From: Desulfurella sp.
GTDB lineage: Bacteria > Campylobacterota_A > Desulfurellia > Desulfurellales > Desulfurellaceae
NCBI GenBank assembly: GCA_031960885.1
Contig: JAVRLY010000021.1
Location: 2,642-20,363 of the forward strand
DNA: 17,722 bases
Direction: 5' to 3'
Of this stretch, positions 1 through 7,934 are shown in pieces. Positions within the stretch are counted from its first letter, which is position 1; each line of letters opens with the position of its first letter. The notes under the pieces are model-generated. The model was given only the letters and a program-made list of their open reading frames with translations, had not been told where the DNA came from and did not search any database. The position numbers and the translations under genes are program-made.

Positions 1-357
1 CCAGAAAAGGAAGTTGATGTTGCATTTGAGATTTTAGGCGCACTTGGTATTAGAAAAAAAGATTCAATAGAGTTTATTTCTTGCCCAACTTGTGGTAGAA
101 TAGAAATAGATTTAATAGAATTAACGAAGCAGGTAAAAGCACGGTTAGCTCACATTAAAAAACCAATAAAGGTGGCTATTATGGGATGCGTTGTAAATGC
201 TTTGGGTGAAGCAAAAGAAGCAGATATTGCAATTGCTGGCGGCAGACATTTTGGTTTAATAATACAAAATGGTAAAATAGTGAAAAAAGTTAAAGAAGAC
301 AAACTACTTGATAGTTTTGTTGAGCAGGTAGAGGAGTATGTTGAAAAATTACCTTAA
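1..357 (+). CDS. ispG: (E)-4-hydroxy-3-methylbut-2-enyl-diphosphate synthase, 3' part (5' end outside window)
   Basis: Frame 1 is open from base 1: PEKEVDVAFEILGALGIRKKDSIEFISCPTCGRIEIDL...VAIMGCVVNALGEAKEAD. CPTCGR and MGCVVN..GE are the IspG [4Fe-4S] ligand motifs. Confidence 0.96.
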   Translation, partial: PEKEVDVAFEILGALGIRKKDSIEFISCPTCGRIEIDLIELTKQVKARLAHIKKPIKVAIMGCVVNALGEAKEADIAIAGGRHFGLIIQNGKIVKKVKEDKLLDSFVEQVEEYVEKLP

Positions 358-2032
358 ACTTTTTTGTGGTTCTTGCCTTGTGATTTTTGCTATTACTTCG
401 TGTGCGAGTATGCAAACATCCCCTGTATCATACAATACAAAAGAAATAGATCTAAATGAATTTTCAAATACCAGTGATTATCATTACTTAATGGCTTATA
501 CGTATTTTTACAGTAATAACATTAAAGATGGTATAAAAGAGTATGAACTTTTTTTAAAAGATAACCCACAAAAGCAATTTTTTTCGGAGTTTGTTAATTT
601 GCTTATTAGATTTCAAGATTTTGATAAAGCTCAAGAAGTTTTAAAGTCAGCTATAGAAAAATACCCAAGTGATAAAGAATTTTATTTGCTACTATCAGAT
701 ATTTATGTACTTCAAAAACAATACCAAAAAGCTATAGATATACTTTTAAAGTCTAATATAAAAACATTTGATGTATATAAAAATATTGCATTATTGTATG
801 CTCAAGAAGGCGATGTAAACAATGCCATAAATTATTTAATGCAAGCAAGGTCTTTTAGTGAACCAGGTGAAGTGTATTACTACATATCGCAGGTTTACTC
901 TCAGTTTAACTTTAATGATAATGCACTTAAGTACCTCCAAATGTCGTATAACTACAAATATCCAAAAGCTTATATTACGCTTGCAGACATGTATGCCAAG
1001 CAAAGCGACTATGCAAAAGCTTTAAAGTACTACGAAGAATTTTTAAAACTTCCAAATGCTAACAAAGAAGAAAAAATTTACGTATATACAACACTAGCAA
1101 GCATATATTACTCAGTTGACAAAAACCTAAACAAAGCAATTGAGTATTATAAAAAAGCTTATGAGCTTGATAAATCGCAGTTAAATCTTGAAAGATTATC
1201 ATATTTATTATTGCAAAATGGAAATTATCAAGAAGCGCTAAACCTACTAGTTTCAAACCCAGATGTTGAGCATTCTTCTACTTTAAAATATTTCCTTGGC
1301 GTTGCTTACTTTAACTTAAAAAATTATAAACAAGCTATGGTAGAATTATCTAGCGTTGATTTTGCCAGTGATTTATATACAGATGCACAAGCTAAAAAAG
1401 CACTGTGTTATTTAGAAATCAAAGAACCCAAAAAAGCCATAGAAACGATTCAAAAAGCTATTGAAATTAGCCCTAATGAAAACCTTTATAAAACATACTT
1501 TTACATATTAAACCAAGAAAAAGATTGGGATGGCCTTATTAATGCACTAAAAAAGTCGCTTGATGTAATGAAAGAGAAAGAAAAAATATACTTTTATATG
1601 GCCGATATTTATTATGATAAAAAACATGACAATCAAAAAGCAATACACTATTTAGATGAGGCTTTAAGAATTAATCCTAACGATCCAGAAGTGCTCAATT
1701 ATTTGGGTTATCTATATATAAATGAAGATATAGATATTAAAGCTGGCATCGAGTTAGTTAAGAAAGCGCTAAAAATACAACCCAACAACGCGTATTATTT
1801 AGATAGCTTAGGGTGGGGCTATTTTAAAGAAAAAAGATTTAAACTGGCACTGTATTATTTGGAAAAAGCTAATAAATTATTAAAAAAGCCTGAAAATACC
1901 ATTGCTTTGCATTTAGCAGAAGTTTATGATGTTTTAGGCTATAAAACTAAAGCAAAAAAGATAGTGCTTGAAGTGTTAAAAAATGAACCAGACAATCAAA
2001 CTGCAAAAAAATTACTGGGTAAATTAAGATGA
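338..2032 (+). CDS. Tetratricopeptide-repeat lipoprotein (PA4667/LbcA-like architecture)
   Basis: 564 aa; N-terminal hydrophobic stretch with lipobox-like ITS-C; many TPR units (A..YY.KA.EL.P); C-terminal LNYLGY...DSLGWGY motif. Overlaps ispG by 20 nt. Confidence 0.88.
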   Translation: MLKNYLKLFCGSCLVIFAITSCASMQTSPVSYNTKEIDLNEFSNTSDYHYLMAYTYFYSNNIKDGIKEYELFLKDNPQKQFFSEFVNLLIRFQDFDKAQEVLKSAIEKYPSDKEFYLLLSDIYVLQKQYQKAIDILLKSNIKTFDVYKNIALLYAQEGDVNNAINYLMQARSFSEPGEVYYYISQVYSQFNFNDNALKYLQMSYNYKYPKAYITLADMYAKQSDYAKALKYYEEFLKLPNANKEEKIYVYTTLASIYYSVDKNLNKAIEYYKKAYELDKSQLNLERLSYLLLQNGNYQEALNLLVSNPDVEHSSTLKYFLGVAYFNLKNYKQAMVELSSVDFASDLYTDAQAKKALCYLEIKEPKKAIETIQKAIEISPNENLYKTYFYILNQEKDWDGLINALKKSLDVMKEKEKIYFYMADIYYDKKHDNQKAIHYLDEALRINPNDPEVLNYLGYLYINEDIDIKAGIELVKKALKIQPNNAYYLDSLGWGYFKEKRFKLALYYLEKANKLLKKPENTIALHLAEVYDVLGYKTKAKKIVLEVLKNEPDNQTAKKLLGKLR

Positions 2033-2664
2033 AATATTTACTTGTTTTGTGTTTGGTTTTGGTTTATAAGCTATCTTTAGCGTCAAGTATCTATGCTACA
2101 ATTGAAGATGGGCAGGTTGTGTACAAAAATAGACCTACTTTTTTTAGAAATGTAATGGGTAGCTTTAATAATAATAAATCTTTAGTAATAAAACTTTTAA
2201 AAGAAGCTGCCCAAAAATACGATGTTAACGAAAAATTTGTTTTGGCTATTGCTATGGCAGAATCTGGATTAAACCACAATGCTGTTTCAAACAAAGGTGC
2301 TATTGGTGTTATGCAAATAATACCATCTACTGCATCGCTACTTAATATAAACCCAAACAATTTGGAGCAAAATATTGATGGTGGGGTGAAATATTTGAAA
2401 TTTTTATTAAACAAATATGCTGGCAATTACGCTTTAGCAGCAGCAGCTTACAATAGTGGTCCAAATAATGTTGATAAATACAATGGGGTCCCGCCTTTTA
2501 GCGAAACTATTAACTATGTTAAAACTGTAATGGCATATTTTGATGGCTCAAGCCCCACTTTAGCATTAAATTATTCGAAAAATACTGATAAAAGCAATAA
2601 AAAACCATTAAAAATAGTTGAAAAAGATGGAGTTTTTACAAACATACCTAGTGTGTCATGGTAA
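2029..2664 (+). CDS. Lytic transglycosylase (SLT domain), exported
   Basis: Signal peptide; SLT motifs AES (catalytic Glu), GAIGVMQ, AAAYNSG, GVPPFSETINYV; ATGA overlap with the TPR gene. Confidence 0.93.
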   Translation: MKYLLVLCLVLVYKLSLASSIYATIEDGQVVYKNRPTFFRNVMGSFNNNKSLVIKLLKEAAQKYDVNEKFVLAIAMAESGLNHNAVSNKGAIGVMQIIPSTASLLNINPNNLEQNIDGGVKYLKFLLNKYAGNYALAAAAYNSGPNNVDKYNGVPPFSETINYVKTVMAYFDGSSPTLALNYSKNTDKSNKKPLKIVEKDGVFTNIPSVSW

Positions 2665-3049
2665 TTCATGCAAGTATACCAAATCTCTCATCTTTGATAA
2701 AAATAATTATGAGTTTCCTTTAATATTAATTGTTGAAAAATGCCATAGTAGTTTTATTGTAAAAATGATTTATTTAAACAAGATTTTTGTTAAAAGTTTA
2801 TTTTTCGCCATATTAAAAAAAATAATGAACGTATTATATTGTTTTGTATTAATAATAATTGCCCAAGAGATTTTTTTTATAGTTCTAATAGCTCAACTTA
2901 CATTAAAGAATTTTACATTGAGCGCTTTAATGCAAAGTACAATTAAAGCCTTTAATCAATTTATTTCATTGAGTTTTTTATATATAACAAGTTGTTACTA
3001 CTTTGGCTTATATGAGCGATTAGAGCAATGGAGTTTTATTAATGACTAA
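2627..3049 (+). CDS. Hypothetical membrane protein (start uncertain: 2618, 2627 or 2765)
   Basis: About 140 stop-free codons in very AT-rich DNA, filling the gap and overlapping both neighbours like the rest of the chain; hydrophobic C-terminal half. No recognisable motif or clear SD. Confidence 0.5.
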   Translation: MEFLQTYLVCHGNSCKYTKSLIFDKNNYEFPLILIVEKCHSSFIVKMIYLNKIFVKSLFFAILKKIMNVLYCFVLIIIAQEIFFIVLIAQLTLKNFTLSALMQSTIKAFNQFISLSFLYITSCYYFGLYERLEQWSFIND

Positions 3050-3890
3050 ACTAAAATATATGCTTTCTATGATAAAGTTTGAACATAGTATTTTTGCTTT
3101 GCCATTTGCATATATTGGTATGCTATTATCAAAGCATTATAATTTAACAATATTTATTTTAATAACAATTGCAATGGTTAGTGCGCGCAGTGTTGCTATG
3201 ACATTAAACCGCATTATTGATTTTGAAATAGACAAACGCAACCCTCGTACACAAAATAGAGAATTACCACTTGGCAAGGTGAAGATAAAAGAAGCTTGGT
3301 TATTTACATTTTTTTTTCTGTTTGTGTTTGAGATAGTAGCTTATCTTTTAAATCCACTCGCTTTTAAATTATCATTTGTCGCTTTATTTTTTTTAATTAC
3401 GTATTCATACACTAAAAGATTCACGTGGTTGTGTCATCTATATTTAGGCATTACAGACGCAATTGCTCCACTTGGAGGTTTTGTAGGTGCTGCTGGATAT
3501 TTGGATACAAATATTTTTCTACTCGCTATCTTTGTTGCTTTTTGGATAGGTGGTTTTGATATTTTATATGCTTTGCAAGATTTAGAGTTCGATTTAAGAA
3601 ACGGTGTTCATTCTATACCTGTAAAATTTGGGCCATTACTTGCAAGAATTTTTGCTGCTTTGTTTCATTTAATAGCGTTTGTTTTTTTACTTTTGACGAT
3701 ATATGTATATAAATTGAATTATATTGCTTATGCTGGTGCGATAGTAGTTTTTGGTTTGCTTATTATAGAACATTTGTTGGTAGACTCAAAAGATTTAAAG
3801 AAAATTAATATTGCTTTTTTCAATATAAATAGTTATATTAGTATAGTGCTAATTATTGTATTTTTATTAGGTAGGTTTTTAAATGTCTGA
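3042..3890 (+). CDS. mqnP: UbiA-family polyprenyltransferase, probably futalosine-pathway menaquinone prenyltransferase
   Basis: IKFEHSIFALPF N-terminus, NRIIDFEIDKRNPRT.NRELP and FDILYALQDLEFD Asp-rich motifs, YSYTKRFT, many TM helices. Confidence 0.88.
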   Translation: MTKLKYMLSMIKFEHSIFALPFAYIGMLLSKHYNLTIFILITIAMVSARSVAMTLNRIIDFEIDKRNPRTQNRELPLGKVKIKEAWLFTFFFLFVFEIVAYLLNPLAFKLSFVALFFLITYSYTKRFTWLCHLYLGITDAIAPLGGFVGAAGYLDTNIFLLAIFVAFWIGGFDILYALQDLEFDLRNGVHSIPVKFGPLLARIFAALFHLIAFVFLLLTIYVYKLNYIAYAGAIVVFGLLIIEHLLVDSKDLKKINIAFFNINSYISIVLIIVFLLGRFLNV

Positions 3891-4436
3891 TGATAGTTAT
3901 AGACTAATTGATTCTTCTTTTATTGTTTATTATACAAAAATTACGCAAGCTCAATTACAAAAAGAAAAGGAAGAAATTTATAAAATAGATAGTCACGATG
4001 ATAGCTTTAACTTTTTAATGGCACAAAATGGTATTGATGCTTCATTTGATAATTTAAATAAAGCATTTGTCATAATGATGAAAGAAATTGATACTAAATT
4101 AAACTATTTAATAACACTTTTGCGCGATGGTAAAGAAAAGGAGAAGTTTTTAAATTATAGCAAAACTTATGCGTGTAGTATTAGTGCGAGTGAGATTAAT
4201 TTTATAAATCATGAGTCCTTACAAGTAGATGATTTAGTATCTGTTTCTTTTTTCTTACCAATTTCTTCTCATAATGAAATTAAAGCAATAGCAAAAATTA
4301 CAGAGATTTTTCAGAAAAATGAAAACATATGTGTCAAAGCTAAATTTTTAGATATCAATAAAAAAAATCAGGAATTAATCATATACTATGGACTAGTTTT
4401 AGATAGAGAACGTCTAAAATCAAGACAGTTAGAACT

Positions 4437-4440
<4 letters not shown>
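3883..4440 (+). CDS. PilZ-like domain protein with degenerate c-di-GMP motifs
   Basis: Helical IDTKLNYLITLL segment followed by a beta-rich domain (SISASEINF...VSVSFFLP...IKAIAKI...VKAKFLDI), the usual PilZ pattern. Recognised by eye only. Confidence 0.65.
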
Positions 4441-5182
<742 letters not shown>

Positions 5183-5199
5183 ATTCCAACAAAATGTAC

Positions 5200-5227
5200 T
5201 TGACATTAAAATATTAAAGGCTACAAT
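5200..5227 (+). promoter_or_regulatory. Sigma70-type promoter for the lipoprotein gene
   Basis: TTGACA (5200-5205), 16-nt spacer, TACAAT (5222-5227); SD AGGAGG at 5246-5251 follows. Confidence 0.7.
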
Positions 5228-5261
5228 AATGATAAAATATTTTTTAGGAGGTATGTGGAAT

Positions 5262-5582
5262 ATGAATTCAAAAGGTATTAAGATTGCGTTGATGGCGGCA
5301 TTTCTAGCGAGCAGTTTGACACTTGCATCTTGCCAAAAAAAGACGGCAACTAATGCAACAAATGCTACAAACACAACAAATGTAACTAACTCAACAAATG
5401 CAACAGCTCCAACAAATGCTACTAATGCAACAAGCACAACTAATGCAACAAATGCAACCAACGCAACAACTTCTACAAATGCTACAAAATCTAGCAGCAA
5501 AGAAATGAAAAAAGAAGCTGCACCAACTGCAACTAAATCATCTGCATCAAAATCAGCAAAACCAAAAGTTGAAGGTTGCTAG
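5262..5582 (+). CDS. Small lipoprotein with tandem N-X-T tripeptide array and C-terminal VEGC
   Basis: ATG 5262 lies 10 nt after AGGAGG; signal MNSKGIKIALMAAFLASSLTLAS-C (lipobox LASC, Cys24); low-complexity mature region; own promoter and downstream hairpin. 106 aa. Confidence 0.88.
   Translation: MNSKGIKIALMAAFLASSLTLASCQKKTATNATNATNTTNVTNSTNATAPTNATNATSTTNATNATNATTSTNATKSSSKEMKKEAAPTATKSSASKSAKPKVEGC
5343..5486 (+). repeat. Degenerate 9-bp coding tandem repeat (consensus AATGCAACA), 16 units
   Basis: Encodes TAT NAT NAT NTT NVT NST NAT APT NAT NAT STT NAT NAT NAT TST NAT; units vary at synonymous positions (aat/aac, gca/gct, aca/act/acc). Confidence 0.95.
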
Positions 5583-5590
5583 TTGGTTTA

Positions 5591-5627
5591 TTGGGTGAGT
5601 ATTTTTGCTCACCCAAATTTGATTTTT
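5591..5627 (+). terminator. Probable intrinsic terminator after the lipoprotein gene
   Basis: Stem TTGGGTGAGTA / TGCTCACCCAA (one G-U pair), loop TTTT, then interrupted U tract ATTTGATTTTT. Confidence 0.75.
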
Positions 5628-5628
5628 A

Positions 5629-6996
5629 ATGCTATTAGATAGTGATTTTAATTATATTCTATCTTTAGTAGGCGCTAAGGCTATAGTTAAGGTTGGAAGT
5701 GTTTTAAAAAGAGGAGCTACTGCTTTTCCTGGGTATTTTGTTGAAAAGCTAAATCCTAATTTTTTAAAGTCTATTAGCGCTCAATTAAATAACTGTATTT
5801 TAGTTACAGGCACAAATGGTAAAACTACAACATCAAGATTAATTGTGCATCTTTTAACAAAAGAAAATAAATCCGTTTGTACTAATCATGCTGGGTCAAA
5901 TTTAAAACGCGGTATAATTAGTTCAATTGTGTCTCATTTAACATTAAATAAAAAATTTTCTCAAAATTTTGATTACTTTGTTTTTGAATGCGATGAGTTT
6001 GCTCTAGAAAAAATCACTCAAGATTTAAATGTAAAATACATTGTCATGTTGAATTTATTTAGGGACCAATTAGATAGATACGGAGAGATTGACACAATAA
6101 GAAAACGTTGGAGTGCTTTAATAAGTAATAACAATAAAGTCCATTATATTGTTAATGCCGATGATCCATCGGTTTCTTCATTATTTTATCAAAAAAATTT
6201 AGAAGTCTCTTATTTTGGATTATCTGATTATAAAAAAAGTTCACAAAACGATTTAAAAGATATATTATTTTGCCCCATATGTGGTGCAGAACTAGAATAT
6301 AATAAGTATTTTTTTTCTCATATCGGGGATTATTTTTGTACAAATTGTAATTTTAAGAGGCCAAACCCGGATTTAACTATAAAAATTATAGAAGGTTCAA
6401 GCCATCTAGAAATGAACTACCATAATAATAATTACTACCTCAATATGCCAATTAAGGGCGCATATAACGCATATAACATAGCAGCTTCATTGTTGGTTTG
6501 TGCTGATATGGGTTTTGAGGTAACTAGTTTATCAAATAATATATCCGATTTTAAAACTACTTTTGGCAGGTACGAGCAAATTAAATTTAAAAATAAGGAT
6601 ATTATTTTAATACTTGTTAAAAACCCTGTTGGCTTTATGCAAGCTTTGGAATCTAGCATCGACAATGATAAAAAAAATCTTGTGTTTATATTAAATGATA
6701 ATGTAGCTGATGGAACAGATGTGTCATGGATTTGGGATGTAAATTTTGAGATATTAAAAAATAAAATTAATGAATTGATAATTGGTGGAAGTCGCATGTT
6801 TGATATGGCACTTAGAATAAAATATGCAGACATTGGTATTGATAATTTTGTTTTTTTTAATAGTTACAAAGAGCTTTTTTATAAAATAGAGTTTTCAAGT
6901 AACAATAAATTTTATATTTTTTTAACATACACTGCATTACTTGAGCTTAAAACGTATTTAAGTAAACAAGGTTTTAAAAATTTTTATGAGCAATGA
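5629..6996 (+). CDS. murT: Lipid II isoglutaminyl synthase subunit MurT (Mur ligase family with DUF1727-type C-terminus)
   Basis: GTNGKTTT P-loop, GSNL..GI, ECDE, NLFRDQLDRYGE, NADDP, Cys4 insert CPIC...CTNC, LVKNPVG, DGTDVSWIWD. Confidence 0.93.
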   Translation: MLLDSDFNYILSLVGAKAIVKVGSVLKRGATAFPGYFVEKLNPNFLKSISAQLNNCILVTGTNGKTTTSRLIVHLLTKENKSVCTNHAGSNLKRGIISSIVSHLTLNKKFSQNFDYFVFECDEFALEKITQDLNVKYIVMLNLFRDQLDRYGEIDTIRKRWSALISNNNKVHYIVNADDPSVSSLFYQKNLEVSYFGLSDYKKSSQNDLKDILFCPICGAELEYNKYFFSHIGDYFCTNCNFKRPNPDLTIKIIEGSSHLEMNYHNNNYYLNMPIKGAYNAYNIAASLLVCADMGFEVTSLSNNISDFKTTFGRYEQIKFKNKDIILILVKNPVGFMQALESSIDNDKKNLVFILNDNVADGTDVSWIWDVNFEILKNKINELIIGGSRMFDMALRIKYADIGIDNFVFFNSYKELFYKIEFSSNNKFYIFLTYTALLELKTYLSKQGFKNFYEQ

Positions 6997-7738
6997 AAAA
7001 ATTTCTTTAGATATAACTTTTTTGTTTCCTTATACGATGAGTACATATGGTGATAGAGGTAATGTTTTAACTTTGCAAAAGCGTTGCGAATGGAGAGGTA
7101 TTGATGTTAAAATTCACTATTGCGATATATACGATAACTTGAACAAGTCTGATATCTACTTTTGGGGGGGTGGGCAGGATAAGGCTCAGGAAATTGTTTC
7201 AAGCAGTTGTAATTTTAAAAAAGTTGATTTTTTAACAAAAGAAGTTGATGAAAATAAGGTATTTTTGCTTATTTGTGGTTCTTATCAATTAATGGGAAAA
7301 CATTATATAGATTCTAACAATAAAAAAATCGATGGTTTTGGCATTTTAGACATATATACAAAAAGCTCTTCAAGGCGCATGATTGGAAATACGATTATTG
7401 AACTTAATAATAAATTATTAAATTTACATACAAAAACTGTTATAGGATTTGAAAATCATAGTGGGCGAACATTTTTAGGAAAAAATATAGAGCCTTTTGG
7501 GCATGTTAAATATGGTTTTGGTAATAACGGCATTGATAAAACAGAGGGGGCTATATATAAAAATGTTATTGGATGCTATCAACATGGTCCATTGTTGCCT
7601 AAGAATCCAAATTTGGCAGATTATATTATTTTAAAGGCAATAGAAAATAAATACGGACCAGGCATAAAAATTCACGTACTCGATGATACTTTAGAATATG
7701 CTGCTTGCAATGCAATGCTTAAGAAACTCAGAAGATAA
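6986..7738 (+). CDS. gatD: Lipid II isoglutaminyl synthase glutaminase subunit GatD (CobB/CobQ-like class I GATase)
   Basis: YGDRGN, GGGQD, ICGSYQ (catalytic Cys), GFENHSGRT, HGPLLPKNP; overlaps murT by 11 nt. Confidence 0.93.
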   Translation: MSNEKISLDITFLFPYTMSTYGDRGNVLTLQKRCEWRGIDVKIHYCDIYDNLNKSDIYFWGGGQDKAQEIVSSSCNFKKVDFLTKEVDENKVFLLICGSYQLMGKHYIDSNNKKIDGFGILDIYTKSSSRRMIGNTIIELNNKLLNLHTKTVIGFENHSGRTFLGKNIEPFGHVKYGFGNNGIDKTEGAIYKNVIGCYQHGPLLPKNPNLADYIILKAIENKYGPGIKIHVLDDTLEYAACNAMLKKLRR

Positions 7739-7820
7739 ATAAAAAAATATTATGTAATTAAAGGTTTTTTGGATATTTTGTAATCACTGATTCATAAGGA
7801 AAAACGTATAATAGCTATGC

Positions 7821-7849
7821 TTGACATTGCATAACATTTCATATAAAAT
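7821..7849 (+). promoter_or_regulatory. Sigma70-type promoter for the icd-kor operon
   Basis: TTGACA (7821-7826), 17-nt spacer, TAAAAT (7844-7849). Confidence 0.75.
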
Positions 7850-7934
7850 GCGTTAAAATTTTTAGGGGGTGGATGGAAAAGATTAAAGAAGTTTATTAAT
7901 CTACGAAAAAAATAAATTTATTTTAGGAGGGTTT

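Noticed and set aside
172..357. Separate 61-aa ORF
   Set aside because: It is the in-frame C-terminus of ispG, open from base 1.
3042..3890. Ubiquinone pathway UbiA (and UbiD) call
   Set aside because: The IKFEHSIFALPF type and the anaerobic gene context fit the futalosine menaquinone pathway better; not proven without seeing mqnA-E.
5343..5486. Repeat array as CRISPR or a contingency VNTR
   Set aside because: 9-bp in-frame units without spacers, diversified at synonymous sites.
5580..5642. TAG followed by a hairpin as a pyrrolysine or read-through signal
   Set aside because: Read-through meets another TAG about 20 codons later and is not in frame with murT; the hairpin is adequately explained as a terminator.
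6986..7738. Cobyric acid synthase (CobQ) call
   Set aside because: Stand-alone GATase coupled to MurT with GatD-type motifs; no CobQ synthetase domain or cob genes.
7807..7812. Perfect TATAAT upstream of icd
   Set aside because: No -35 match at the proper spacing; the TTGACA-17-TAAAAT pair downstream is better, though a second promoter cannot be excluded.
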